DNA from: Podarcis pityusensis
Lineage: Eukaryota
Length of the DNA: 64,000 bases
Assembly (NCBI GenBank): GCA_964106645.2
Contig: OZ067045.1
Reading direction: 5' to 3' (one strand)
In this document: one piece after another, positions 11,770 through 24,672 of the stretch
Numbering within the stretch: position 1 is the first letter of the stretch
How the letters are laid out: the number at the start of each line of letters is the position of its first letter
Made by a program: the position numbers and the translations under genes
The notes under the pieces: model-generated
The model's database searches: none
What the model saw: the letters and a program-made list of their open reading frames with translations, nothing else
Told to the model about the DNA's origin: nothing

Positions 11770-12510
11770 ACGCATTGTATTATCCTGCTATTCAAATACG
11801 GCTGAGGAAAGAAATCAAATTTAATTCCCCATTCCCCTCAGATGGGAGACTTTAAAATGAAATTAATGAGCACTGCCTCAAGCTGCTGAACAATCAAGCT
11901 GTTTTCTTTTATCCTCACCCCCTCCCCTTAAAAAAAAAAAAAATTAAACCCTTGGAGTCAAGAGAGGCTATAAATTTTACAATAAGCCCAGAGAAGCTGC
12001 CCTTTCCTTGGGCTTCATTTTAAATAAAATAAAATAAATAATAGCCTCGGCCTGCGTGTCTTTGATCAGAAATATTACTGAAGGGGAGGAGGTGACGGTG
12101 CTGGGTGGGGGGTTGACTGGGAAGGAGAATGGCTGTGAATGTGTGAATAAATGGCTCTACAAGTTGACAGCCAAGCCAGGAAGCCAGCTATTTAAGCTAA
12201 AGCCCTGCGATATGTACGCAGGGAGTGTTATCTCAACCGCTAGGATGACTATAAAATATCTTAACAGTTTTTGGCTGCTTGGCTGGAGGGCGGGGGGCTC
12301 CCCGACTATCTGAGGCGAACCGGGCCCGTCCGTCGTTGTGAAAGGAGACTCTGTGCTGGGAGTCTGCTGGGTCTGGAAGCCGAGGGGTCCCCCTCAGAAG
12401 CTCTCAATTGTTTTTAAATTCTGTTTTTACAAGGAGAGGGAGATTTATAGGCTCTTGAGGGGAAGAAAATGATGTAACCTGAGTAAATCAACAGGCCATT
12501 TATTCCTGGC
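11770..12510. promoter_or_regulatory. Candidate conserved non-coding element / enhancer
   Basis: Repeat-free; AACAAT (SOX, 11889), CTTTGAT (TCF/LEF, 12060), TGACAG (MEIS, 12165), local CpG retention ~12280-12385; conservation not tested. Confidence 0.4.
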
Positions 12511-13993
12511 CCTGTTTCCTCTCTGTCACTAAAGTTCTCGAATTAGCCCCCAGTACTCTGTCTTTTAAAAAACACACACACACACCCGCAGACATCTTGC
12601 AGAGATAATTGAAGGTATGGATTCTCTTCCTATTGCCCCCCGCCATGCCCACCCCCCGCAAAGCAGGGACCAAAATGAAGCCCTGCAAGTTACGTGGGCC
12701 TTTGCCAGAACCAACAGTTCAGCAACAGAAACGACGTCTAAATGGGCCAAATTCTGATCTGAATATCACTGTGCAGACCCAGTCATTTGTCTCTCTGCCA
12801 TAGGAACCAGTGACATAATGGGTGCTGTGGATGTTTTGGTGTGTGGCATCAGGGCCACAAAATGGTGTTTGCATGTCCCCTCCATCCCCCATCTCAGGTG
12901 GGGTGAAACATGTACACCACCCATCAGCACAATTAGAGGGACACTCTTTGCACCTCTCCTCTGTTCCGAATGGATGCAAAATTGGACGTAGGGACACATT
13001 TAAGGAGGCATGGCCAATGTAGGAGAGGCAGAGCCAGCGTAAACAGGGAATGAGCAGGGAGCGCAGTGGACTTATGATGGAATATTTACTGAGGTCTTTT
13101 GTGTCCCGTGAGATTCTGTCGGCCACAGCGCTACCAACGGGTGTCACGTCGATGACCCATGTTCCAAAGCGTTGCAGGGAATTAAAACAGCAACTCCTGG
13201 ACCCAGGGACTTTTTTTCCAAAGGGAGCACAGCTAGCTCCCACTGGTTCTTATTTGCAGCTGATAGATACCATGTTGCCTGCATTGTGGAAGCCTAAATC
13301 TGTATGCGAGGTGCCACTCTGTTAGGGCATCAATGTTCTTTTGCATTCTCTTCTGCAAAAAAGAAGAAGTTCAAAACACTTGCTATTCTCTTGCTATTCT
13401 CTCCAAGCTCAGCCGGCTCTGATGTTTCTCTGCCTCTTCCCCCAGATATTTTTTTTTTAGGAAAAAAACAAAAAACCAACTCTCAAGGAGAGGGAGTGCC
13501 AAAAGGGGCTGCAAATTAGGAGAGCGTTTTAACCTTTGCCCTAACTAAACCGCAGGACTTGTTGTCGGCATTGAACCTGGCCCTAAAATCTCTGTTCAGA
13601 GGAGGGAGATCTTTACAAACGTAATTTGGATTGAAATGCACTCCAAGCAGAGTCCGTTCTTCATACTCCCCCCCCCCAAGAATTCAAATGCAGAAGATAT
13701 AACAGCAATTGTGCTGACATCTTGCAGCCATTGAGTCAAAAGAAAACCAATGCAGGAAATGAGGCATTTTTGAAGATTTCGGGGAGTGAGAAGCACTGAC
13801 CTCTCACCTTTCGATATTGATATAAAGATTCTGCCATTACTGTTTATGCCCAGGAAGGTCAGGGCTGGTGGGGAAATCCTTTAGCTTGACATTTATCTTA
13901 ATTCAATGGTGGTTTCGTTCATTTCAGGGTTTCCATGTCTGCAATTGCCAGCCAAATTTAGTGAGGATATGACAGAGGGATATATTTCTACAA

Positions 13994-13999
13994 CACACA

Positions 14000-14053
<54 letters not shown>
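13994..14053. repeat. (CA)n(GA)n compound microsatellite
   Basis: Direct inspection. Confidence 0.95.
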
Positions 14054-14056
<3 letters not shown>

Positions 14057-14723
14057 GCTATTAAAATGCAAACCTTCCTCTTTTGCCAAAATCAAAGGGG
14101 TCTGTGTGTAGAAACCTTGCACAACTTAAAAATCTCAGGCGGAACAGTCAAGCTTCCCCCTCAACTTAGAATGTAAACGGTCTTACATAATTTCTTTTGA
14201 GTACAGTAGCACATTAACATCTTTCTTTTTTTGCAGTTGGAAGGCATTCAAAAGTTAAAACAATAACCTCAGACCAATTTAAAAACAAAAAAAGGCCAAC
14301 CAAACCCTGACTGGTAGCGATTCTAAAATGAGAAGTTAAATCTGCAATGCTACAGCTGCTTTGTAGAAGTAAAAGATCCGTTCAAATCAGTAGGACTTGC
14401 TCCAAGAAAATGCACCGGCGATCAGGCTTTAAGGCATTTGCAATTTGTAATTCTCTGCATGTTTACTAGGAAGCAAATTCCACTGAGTTTAGTAGTGTTT
14501 ACTTCCAGGTCAGCGTGCATGGGAGAGTAGCCTTAGGCAATGGGGGTGAAGATTTTCCCTTTCCCTGCCTAAGCACACACTTTGAATACATGAGGGGGCA
14601 GGCCTGTACCCAATCGCTCCCTGAAGGTGACACATATGACCCCCCCCCCCAAAAAAAATGGCTTTGAGTTTTGCATTAATGTGTTTGAATCTGGTTAGCC
14701 AGTCCCAGGTAAAACCCCAAATA

Positions 14724-14965
14724 CAGTGGTACCTCAGGTTACATACGCTTCAGGTTACATATGCTTCAGGTTACAGACTCCGCTAACCCAGAAAAAGTGC
14801 TTCAGGTTAAGAACTTTGCTTCAGGATGAGAACAGAAATCGTGCTCCAGTGGTGCGGCGGCAGCAGGAGGCCCCATTAGCTAAAGTGGTGCTTCAGGTTA
14901 AGAACAGTTTCAGGTTAAGAACGGACCTCCGGAATGAATTAACTACTTAACCCAAGGTACCACTG
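14724..14965 (+). mobile_element. pogo/Tigger-type MITE, copy 2
   Basis: TA-CAGTGGTACCT...AGGTACCACTG-TA. Confidence 0.93.
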
Positions 14966-15048
14966 TAGATCCCGCAAGTCTGAAATCCACCTATCTCTTC
15001 CCTGAGGGAAGGCAAGATTAGAAGAGGAGGGGCAGGGAATGAGGACAA

Positions 15049-15235
15049 AAGCCCCATCTGCACTATCCATTTAAAGCAGGATCATACCGCTTTAAACAGG
15101 CATGACTCCTCCCCCAAGAATTACGGAAACTGCAGTTTGTCAAAGCTTTGAGTGTTGTAATGAAACCTCTATTCTCCTCACAGAGCTACAATTCCCCAAG
15201 TGGTTTAACAACCAACTCTCTGAGAGTTGTAGCCA
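15049..15235. mobile_element. Half of a long palindromic (Harbinger-like) MITE
   Basis: Homologous to the arms of 31175-31661. Confidence 0.55.
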
Positions 15236-16439
15236 ATGTTAGCCCTATTTGAAGAAGACCCCTTGAAATGAATGGACATGGTGAACATAGGTCCATTAAT
15301 TTCAATTGGTCTACTCTGAGTAGGGCTTTCTTGAACGAAAGCTGAAGAGAGTAATTTAAGGATTGCTGTGTACATCTCTCTTGCTGTATATACCTCTATT
15401 GCTGTTTATACTTTTGGTCTCTGATACTCTACCCAGAACTGGTGGATCAAATCTTCATAGTGCAAATGAATCAATCTCTGTATTATTGACAGTGTCCTAC
15501 CATTTCTCCATCTGCCATTTGGACTGCCAGTGAAAGGTTTCCCCCCCTTCCCACCCATTTTTTTTTTTAAATGATTCTGATAAAATGACTTATTCTTCCT
15601 AGCCATTGATTTTTTTTCTCCCAGTGCGCAGTGTGGCTGGAGTCACCACCATCGCCACCAATACTAAACCACCCCCCATGCAAAAAAAAAAAAAAAAAAA
15701 AGCAACAACCCAAAATTCAACCCTTGCAGTTGAAAAAAAAAAAAGGAAAGAAAAAGCCAAGGGTATAATTTTCTTCAATCAACTGCAGCTCATGACTGCA
15801 ATTATCCAAAATCTTTCCGAACCTTGCTGTGATATGCGAGGGACAGGTCTTGGAGCCTCAGTGGGTGGCTCCCTTTCATCTGGCTTCTCAAACTGTTCTT
15901 TATTGTATGGTTTCAAATTAGTGCTAGCAGCAATGAGCAAATTTGATAATTCAATCTCAAATTAGTTAATGTAACGGGCCAGGAACCACTAACTAGCGGC
16001 CTTGCCTTGCAGGATGAAAAACGCATCTTTACCATAGTTAGGGAGACAAAAGTTAACCAACCTGTCCTTTCAGGACTCTGCATAGGCGTTCGCATGTGTG
16101 TGTGTGTGTTGTTAAGAAAGGACAGATGAGCCTAGTCCCTTTTCTTGTCACATGTTCAGCCATGAATAGCTTTCCATCCCATTTTCTGCAGAAAATGTGC
16201 AGCATTTAAGTCATTTACGTCTCTCCCCTAACTTGACTTGGCTACTGTACTCCATGCTCTGGTAATTTCCAGATTGGATTATTGCAATGCGCTCCATGTG
16301 GGGCTGCCCTTGAAGGCAACTAGGAAACTTCGATTGGTCCAAAATGCAATGGTCTGATTACTGGGCTGGGTTTCCTTTCTGATCTCACATAAATTAGGCT
16401 GGCATGCCCTCCAACATTTCTCCAATGAAAATAGGGACA

Positions 16440-16476
<37 letters not shown>

Positions 16477-16544
16477 CCCTGCTCATCTGACTGGGCAGCT
16501 TCCAATATATATATGAAAACATAGTAAAACAAATCTTCCCTGTG

Positions 16545-16770
16545 CAGTGGTACCTCGGGTTACATATGCTTCAGGTTACAGACTCCGCTAACCCGGAAGT
16601 AGTACCTCGGGTTAAGAACTTTGCTTCAGGATGAGAACAGAAATTGTGCAGCGGCGGCGTGGCAGCAGCGGGAGGCCCCATTAGCTAAAGTGGTACCTCA
16701 GGTTAAGAACAGTTTCAGGTTAAGAACAGAGCTCCAGAATGAATTAAGTTCTTAACCTGAGGTACCACTG
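16545..16770 (+). mobile_element. pogo/Tigger-type MITE, copy 3
   Basis: CAGTGGTACCTC...GAGGTACCACTG; flanks TG/TA. Confidence 0.92.
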
Positions 16771-16879
16771 TACATGACTGCCTTCACATGCCTTCTAAAG
16801 GTTGCATATTTACTTATCTCTTTGGCTCGGGGGTTGCAATAACTCCATACCCTCCAACATTTCTCCGATGAAAATAGGG

Positions 16880-17134
16880 ACAGATCCTGAAGCTGAGGCT
16901 CCAATACTTTGGCCACCTCATGAGAAGAGAAGACTCCCTGGAAAAAACCTCTGATGTTGGGTAAGATTGAGGGCACAAGGAGAAGGGGATGAAAGAAGAC
17001 AAGATGGTTGGGCAGTGTTCTCGAAGCTACGAACATGAGTTTGACCAAACTGCGGGAGGCAGTGGAAGACAGGCGTGCTCTGGTCCATGGGGTCACGTAG
17101 AGTCGGACACGACTAATCGACTAAACAACAACAA
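16880..17134 (+). mobile_element. BovB (RTE clade) LINE 3' end
   Basis: Encodes QILKLRLQYFGHLMRREDSLEK (frameshifted afterwards); ends GGGGTCACGTAGAGTCGGACACGACT..(CAA)n. Confidence 0.92.
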
Positions 17135-17369
17135 TAAAGGAAAAGTGGGACATTCTGGGATCAAATCAGAAACTGGGATAGTTTTGTAAATCCAGGACTG
17201 GTCCTGGAAAATAGGGACACTTGGAGGGTCTGGCCCAGTTGCCAGTTTGTTTCCAGGCCTAATTGAAGGTGCTTATGTTAAGTACTGAAAGCCCTAAACA
17301 ACTCAGGTCCCAAATATCTGAGAGACCACCTCCTTCTGTGCTGGCCCTCTCAGCTGCCATGATCGGCAG

Positions 17370-17620
17370 AGAAGAAGAGGAGGAGTTTGGATTTGATATC
17401 CTGCTTTATCACTACCCAAAGGAGTCTCAAAGCGGCTAACATTCTCCTTTCCCTTCCTCCCCCACAACAAACACTCTGTGAGGTGAGTGGGGCTGAGAGA
17501 CTTCAAAGAAGTGTGACTAGCCCAAGGTCACCCAGCAGCTGCATGTGGAGGAGCGGAGACGCGAACCCGGTTCACCAGATTACGAGTCCACCGCTCTTAA
17601 CCACTACACCACACTGGCTC
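17370..17620 (-). mobile_element. Young Squam3-type (MIR/Ther1-derived) SINE
   Basis: Head GAGCCAGTGTGGTGTAGTGGTTAAGAG...GGTTCGCGTCT on minus strand; (CTT/CCT)n tail. Confidence 0.85.
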
Positions 17621-18468
17621 CTCAAAGGCTCAGGTGTGGGGGGCAGCCCAGGAGAGGGCCTTCTCTGTGGCTGCCCATAAGCTGTGGAACTCCCTCCCCA
17701 CGGAAATATGCCTGGCATCTTCATTGTGCCTCCTTTAGAGGACAGCTAAATACACATCTCTTTACCCTGCCTTTGACACCTGAGGTATCTATTTTTAGAA
17801 CCCACCTTATTTTTTTATGATCGGCGGTTGTTTGATTACTGCTTTTAATATTTTAATATTTTTTAACTATTGTTGTGTTAATGTTTGTGTACAGGCATGG
17901 TCCTCACAATAAACGGATTTGAGAATTTGAGATTACTGCTTTTAATGTTGCGTTTTAATGTTGCAACCCACTATGGGACCTTGGCAATAAATTGTAATAA
18001 TGAAATAATAACCACACTCCTCAATTTGCCACACTTATTGTCTGGATAGAAACAACATATTGAAAGCATTTGCTTGCACCCAAAGACTCTTCAGCAATGC
18101 AGTCAATTAAGGATACTGGGAACTGTAGCCCAGCGAGGGGTAAGCCGCTGTTTCCAGGATGAAATTCACAGTGTGGACGCAGCCACTGAGCAGAACTGGC
18201 CTCGGTGAATGCTCTAAAGGCTGCGTGGAGAATTTATCTGCATGTGGCACTGACAGCGGCATGGTGCCTGGTGCCAGGGGCTGTATAAGCACACACAACT
18301 CCTTGGTCAGTCCTCTTTAGTTTACCTCACAGTGTAAAACTAGTTGGATTCATTCAGGCCAGCTAGGACCTATATAGTTAACGCACTGCTCACAATTTAA
18401 AGGAGGCGTTTCTGTTTACGCTATACTGTTGCCCCGGGACAAGGTTTGTTAGTCCTTATTTCGTATTA

Positions 18469-18949
18469 CAGTGGTATCTTGGTTCTCAAACGCCTTGGTA
18501 CTCAAACTACTTTGAACCCAAACACTGCAAACCCGGAAGTGTTCAGGTTTGCGAATGCTTTTCGGAAGCCAAACGTGCTCTGCTTTGAGTGTTACGCTTC
18601 CGTTTTGAGTGTTACGCTGAGGTCTGTCTGTTTTTGCTATTTATTTTGCGGTTTTGTTTTTGTGCCTCTTTTTTTTGTTTTTGTGACTGTGTGGAACCCA
18701 GTTCGGCTACTGATTGATTGACTGTGTGACTGCAGTACATTGTTTATTGCTTTCATTTTATGGATCAATGGTCTCTTCAGATAGTAAAGTTTATGTTAAA
18801 TTGCTGCTTTAGGGGTTGTTTTTAAAAGTCTGGCACAGATTAATCCATTTTGCATAACTTTCTATGGGAAAGCGCGCCTTGGTTTTGGAACGCTTTGGTT
18901 TTGGAACGGATTTCAGAACGGATTAAGTTTGAGAACCAAGGTACTACTG
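18469..18949. mobile_element. Tigger-like non-autonomous DNA transposon
   Basis: TIR CAGTGGTATCTTGGTTCTCAAAC / GTTTGAGAACCAAGGTACTACTG; TA flanks. Confidence 0.9.
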
Positions 18950-19599
18950 TATATTTGTGTGCTTGTTTTATTTTATTTTCATTTTTTATTTTTTTAATGT
19001 ATTTTTCTTAAAGATTTCTTGGTTTACAAAAGTATGTGCAGTGTCTCTTTTTTTTCAAGTTAAGTTTTCTACAGCTGACACAAAACACATACACTAAGTA
19101 GAATAGAAGCATTGCCACCCGACCCCACCCCCAATCACTGTGCTTGTTTTTGTTTTTAGGGATGGAAAGTCTATTTCTGTTCCATGTCAACTTCTCATGT
19201 GCCAAATCATCAGTACAACCTATCCAGTCTTCTTTCTTTCTTTTCTTTTTAATACAGAAAAAACCAACATATACTGATATGCATTTCCTCCTAAATTGTG
19301 GCGTGTTTTTTTTGGGGGGGGTATGCAATTTCCCTTAAAACACATCTCAGTACACATTCAACTCCCAAATTGCACATTGCTGAATGTGTTTGCATTTTAC
19401 CCTAAAGTTGGCATTTTTGTATGGATTTCCCCCCTAAATGCACTTTTTGGAAGCAAAACTGTGTTGTAAAATTTAGAGAAATGCACAGTGCAAATGATGA
19501 CTGTGTGCTGATCCATGGATTAGTCTAGGAACTGCAAATTAGGTTAGTTTGCTTAAAAACGCACACCAAATGCATATGGCTATATTTTTGACATTGAAC

Positions 19600-19601
<2 letters not shown>

Positions 19602-19638
<37 letters not shown>
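19602..19638. repeat. (TG)n microsatellite
   Basis: Direct inspection. Confidence 0.95.
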
Positions 19639-19642
<4 letters not shown>

Positions 19643-20218
19643 GTGGAGAAAATTTCCTATTTCCCTCCCCCTGTGCATATGAGTGATTTGGGTTTTTTTT
19701 TTAAAAAAAATGCCCACAACGGCCAGTTGTAATGGCAACAATGGATGCAATCTATCAAATACAGCTTCTCTTTATTTCAATGGAAAGTTGCGTGGGAATA
19801 ACCCTTGATGGAATACGCTGAATACTTTCAAGTCATTGGCAATCCTGCATGAATTTTGGTCAGTGCGGTGCTGTGCCAACCCCAGATAAGATGTGAGATG
19901 AGTAGGAATCAGGAGGCTGACCATTTGCGACGAGACTTGGGTTTGGGTAACAGGTTGTGATGCAGCAGGAAGAGGAGAAATGCAGATTTTGGGTGCTTCA
20001 GCAAAGGATGACAGCAAGGTCACAGAAAAAGAGAAGGTTGCTTTTTCCAGAGTCAGCCCATTAGTCTACCCGGCTCAGTTTTGCTGGTAGAAGCTTTCCT
20101 GGGTTTCAGACCGGAAATTTTCCTAGCCCTACTTAGAGATGCTGGGAATTGAACCAGGGACCTTTTGCCTGCATGCCACATGGCTCTACCTCTGAGATAC
20201 ACTTCATACTTTAAGACT

Positions 20219-20612
20219 TAGGAACCTAGGAAGCTGCCTTTCACTGAGCCAGGCAACTGGCCCATCTTGTTCAGTCCTGTCCATACCAACTGAATGGTGG
20301 CTCTCCAGAATTAGGGAAGGGGCTGTAGCACAGGGGGGAGAGCATCCGCTTTGCATGCAGAAGATACAAAGTTCGATCCCCGGCTTCTCCGGGTAGGACT
20401 GGGAATGTTCCCTGCCTTTGAACCCTGGCCAGCTGCTGCCAGTCAGTGTGGACAATGCTGAGCTAGATGGCCAATGGCTTGACTCAGTATGAGGCCAATG
20501 GTCTGGTCAGAATATCAGACAGGAATCCTTCCTAGCCCCCACTGTAGATGTCGGAGTCTGAGCTTGGATTTTTTATTTTTTTGCAGAAAAGGAATGTGCT
20601 AACCACTGAGCT
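20219..20612 (-). mobile_element. tRNA-headed SINE interrupted by an opposite-strand copy of the same family (~20314-20510, +)
   Basis: Tail half at 20219-20310, head half at ~20515-20612; the inserted copy has a GGTAG-like/GTTCGATCC head. Confidence 0.65.
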
Positions 20613-23222
20613 ATTCTGTCTAATAAGAAAGAGGGGTGTTTTTAATTGAGTGGGGTGGGGCAGAGGGTATAGCACACACCTTCCTTGGTAATATAGAATA
20701 AAGAAAAGAGAAATCCATTTTTTTTCTGCAAGAAAATTATAATCAAGACTTCTGATTTTCCCCACCCCCAACTATAAATATATATATTTTTAAAAGATGC
20801 TTAAATACATTTTGGCCCTTCTGTCCGAGCATCCAATCCCCAACATTAAAAGCCAGAAAACACAGGCACTAGACAATGAATCAGTAAAGAAAGGGCTGGA
20901 GCACAACTAATGCTTGCGAAGCACGGTTCATCCTTTCTTGGGAATGAGAATGCTATCAGTAATATATGAATGCCAGGCGGTTTGCTTCAAATTCTGGGAA
21001 GCTGTGAAGTTGAGATGAAGAGAAGGATTGGAGAGAGGCTTTCAAAAGCGCCAGTGTTGTGTTGAACTCTCTACTTTAATCAGAGCTGAAAGGCCTCCGG
21101 CCTGGAGCCGAGTGACAGATGATTCTCCCCTGAAAATGTTTTCAAATGGAACAGAAAACGCTGTTTATCTGTGTGGTCTGAGCTCATTTACTCCAATAGG
21201 AACCTTCAACTCCTCTCTGACTGAAAGCCAGGTCTTGTTCTCCCATCTGATGGATGAATTGAATCTGGAAGTTTGATCCCGTCCCCTGAGATGTCATTTA
21301 AGTCCACAGATACGTCCGACAAGCAGAGGGACGCGTCAGTCCCTTGGCTCATCTCTCTCTCTCCCTCCCCGCCTGCCCCCACCTCCTTCATTCACTATAA
21401 GATCCTCTCTATTCACTACTCTCCCCTCACCCTTCGCTTTTCTGATTTTCTTTTTTTAAATTAAGTGTCGTATTCTTGCACTGCAGGGCTTATTAGACTT
21501 GTATGCAGCACACATCGTGACACACTAAGATGCTTCTCTTTTTGGAGGGGGGAGAATAAATTAAATGTACAATTTTTGAACTCTGAAATGCTCAGCTTTT
21601 GACTTTTCGGGACATGAAATCTAACTCAATCTGAATAATAAAAAATGAATGAATGAATGAATTCAGCTAAAGTTATTTGCTGGTGTGGATGCGTTGCCCA
21701 GGTCTGGCTGTTCCCTAGCTAGCAGCCACACAGCTCCCAGAAAAACAAATGTACCCACAGGACTCTCCATCCGTGTTGCCTTCATGAATGGGAGCAGACC
21801 CACCCACCCCGAGGGAGTGTGTTTCTGCAATCCTGATGTTCCCACAAGGTGAGAGAGTGCTGCAGGTGAGCTTACCACACCTTGTCTCTAAAAGCTTGGC
21901 AGTGGGGGCATGGAAACTTGTTGGGGCATCTTCGCAACTTCCGTTTGGTTCTGAACTTCTTTTTGAAATCCTGAATCATGACTCCGGAGCTCTGTGGCTG
22001 AGTTGCCCAATGACTGGGGCCCTTAGGGGAACCACAGAGCTTTGGATCCAATGGATTTTTATTTTATTTTTTTCTAAAAAAGCTTATTTGGAGTTTTTCT
22101 CTCTCTAGGCTGCATTTAGCAATAACTTCCTACCTGACTGGGAGCCACTCCGGTCTCTGCTGCAGCAAAGAGAGTGCCACATGCCATCTGATTCCCCAAC
22201 CATTACACAACAACCTTCCTGTACAAGCTACAGCTCTAGACTGTGCCCTTTCCTAATATTACCAAAGGCTAACATTAAACCACTTGTTGTGGGCTTAGGA
22301 CTGCACTGTAGATGGACGCAGGAAGCTACCTTAGGCCAAGTCCGAACTGGTCCATTGAGTTCAGTATTGTCTGCACTAACTGACAGTAGCTCTCCAGGGT
22401 TTCAGGTGGGGCACAATTCTTAGCCTTGGCTGGAGATGCCAGGGTTTGAACCTGGGAATGCAAAGCAGGTCGTGACCCTTCCCCTTTTGGTCTTACCACT
22501 TTTTCCCCTTTGGGTGTCCCAAGCCCTGATTATCTGTAGCCAAGGCTTCTGCTTGGCTGGTATTTAAATCTGCATACTTATCTGACAATCATAGCCTGCA
22601 TGGTATGACTCTTCCTATCCATTTCCCTTAGTTCCGGCTTCTGTTCTCTGTTGCTTCTTGCCCTACTCCTGAACTGCCTCTTTGAAACTTGACTCACTTA
22701 ACCCACAGACATGGGCTCACCAGCAATGGACTGGTAACGGATGCCACCGATCTTGCTCATCTGCCAGCTGGTGGCTCCCTCCTTCCCTCCAACATTTGAC
22801 AGCAGAAAAAGGACACACTTGCCAGTTTCATTGTCAGATAAGTAAAGGATTCACCATACGATAGCGAGGAAGGGAGATGAATAAGAGGCTTCGGTCGAGC
22901 CTTACGGTATTCTTTGCCTGTATTAATTTCTCATAAACGCCAAAGGCACTGATGGCATGTGTGTCCCCTAAAAATATACAGACATTTCAGAGCTCTAAAA
23001 ATTCAGAGCTAAGGATGTGGGAGAAATTGGATTCAGTTCACGTTTACCTAATCTGCATTTCCCGAAACAGTATGCAAACTGAAACACAACACACACAAAC
23101 CCACTTCAGAATGCACACTTCTACAAACTTTTGCAGTCAAGTCCTTCCATCAAATGATGTGAACAAAGATGCATATACTAGGGGAAAGTGTGCATAAATG
23201 CGCAAATTAAAAAATATATAAC

Positions 23223-23672
23223 TGTCAGGTGCTGGTGTGGTTGCTCGAGAGCAAACAGGCAAGACTCTGACCTGTCTTTTTCAGGCTTTATTATTAGTGC
23301 AAACTATTTGCAGTGAAGAGCATCGCAAGTTCATGTCTGGCTCACTTGCTAGCAGAATCTGGGAGTGGACAGTCCTTATACCTCCTCTAGCATAACAGTT
23401 GTGTGACCCCCAACCTTTTCCTCCCTTCCCTGCACCTAAACCTACTGCGCAGCATGGGTGCTGGCAAAGGGGTACTTCCCTCCCCTCCGGTTTGCTCAGG
23501 CTCAGTGTTGAGGCTCTCCCAAGCATCCCCTGCTCCCACCACTTCCTCTCCACTGGAGGTGGGGCTTCCCTCCTCGCCAGAAGAGAAACTGCTTCACAAG
23601 ATTTTCAGAGGTTCCCTATAACACAACTGCCCTTCCACCTCTCACCTCTGAGCTGATGACAGTTCCCTGACA
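23223..23672 (-). mobile_element. Solo LTR (450 bp)
   Basis: TGTCAGG...CCTGACA inverted termini, perfect 5-bp TSD ATAAC, AATAAA on minus strand (~23287). Confidence 0.9.
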
Positions 23673-23728
23673 ATAACATTAAAAAATGCATTTTATTAAG
23701 GGGACCAGCTTGCAAAAAATATGCCTAC

Positions 23729-24233
23729 TGTTGCATGCCACCCCAATCTCTGAGCCGTGCAAGATTCCAGGGGTTGCAAGCACTTACCCAGGGTTTGTGT
23801 TTCCTTTTGGGAATGAGGCACATTGTCTTTAGGATATATGATTTATTTGCACATACATACAACCCGAGCCTGTGGTGGAAGGGTGCACAGCGTTAACAGT
23901 CTAAAAGGGTCGTTTCTCCCATAGCCGCAGCCTTGGATTCAAACAAGAAATGAAACCTTGTGCTCTGCCTCTCTGTCTTTTTAGCCTGCAGCTTTTACAC
24001 CTCCAGCTTCTCGCTCACGTAACATCTAACTCTCAAATTTGGCTTAATTCCTCTTCACTATATCTGTGAATCGAGAGAGGGGCCCCATCCAGTTGCCGTT
24101 TCCCACAGGGCCCCTTCCTTTGCTCTCCTTACACCTCACCAGGAGGCTAGTCTGGCTATTTCCCAAAATTTGAAGGCTTGATTAGCTGACTGGGTCCAGG
24201 GATTAGGTGCCTGGCACCCACAAACGCGTAACA
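23729..24233 (-). mobile_element. Second, unrelated solo LTR (505 bp)
   Basis: TGTT...AACA termini, 4-bp TSD CTAC/ATAC, AATAAA on minus strand (~23844). Confidence 0.65.
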
Positions 24234-24236
24234 ATA

Positions 24237-24672
24237 CAGTACAGTTGCAATTTGCACACATTTAACATGCACAATTTTAACTTTACGCGGCCGAAGGCTG
24301 ACCAGTTGAAACCACACAGTTTAAGGCAGAGAGCTTAAAAGCTCTTTTTGCACAGGGCTTTCCCAGCATGTAAAGAGCTTTTAAGCTCTCCGTCTTGCTT
24401 ACCAGACTCTGGGATACTCTCACACAAGACTCTGGGATACCCTTGAAAGATCTTGCAGGAACTTGGACAGCCCTGCGAGATCTTGCAAGGGCATCCCAGA
24501 GTCCAGTAAGCAAGGCAGAGAACTTTTAAGTTTTCTGTCTTGCTTTGGGCGAGGTTGCCAGGGCTGCTTGAGGCGCCTGCTCCGGAAAGGTCAGGAGTGG
24601 TTCAGTATACCCATTTTTGCATATACATGCCATCTCCTGAACATAACCTCCATGTAATACACAATCGTACTA
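24237..24672. mobile_element. Degraded Tigger-like element
   Basis: TA-CAGTAC...GTACTA-TA termini; internal AGAGCTT..AAGCTCT palindromes. Confidence 0.55.

Larger units (their letters stand above)
16403..17232 (-). mobile_element. Composite CA...TG MITE carrying an L2 3' end, copy A (with nested pogo MITE and BovB)
   Basis: Termini CATGCCCTCCAAC / TTGGAGGGTCTG; internal duplicate terminus at ~16846-16882; TSD not recognisable. Confidence 0.85.
16245..18010 (+). mobile_element. Old L2-clade LINE ORF2 C-terminus/3' end hosting several nested insertions
   Basis: Segments encode RLDYCNAL.VGLP (~16271) and ERAFSVAAHKLWNSLP (~17652), typical L2 ORF2 C-terminal motifs. Confidence 0.8.

Noticed and set aside
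12719-13325. Overlapping ORFs of 174 and 91 aa
   Set aside because: No recognisable domain or exon structure; expected by chance.
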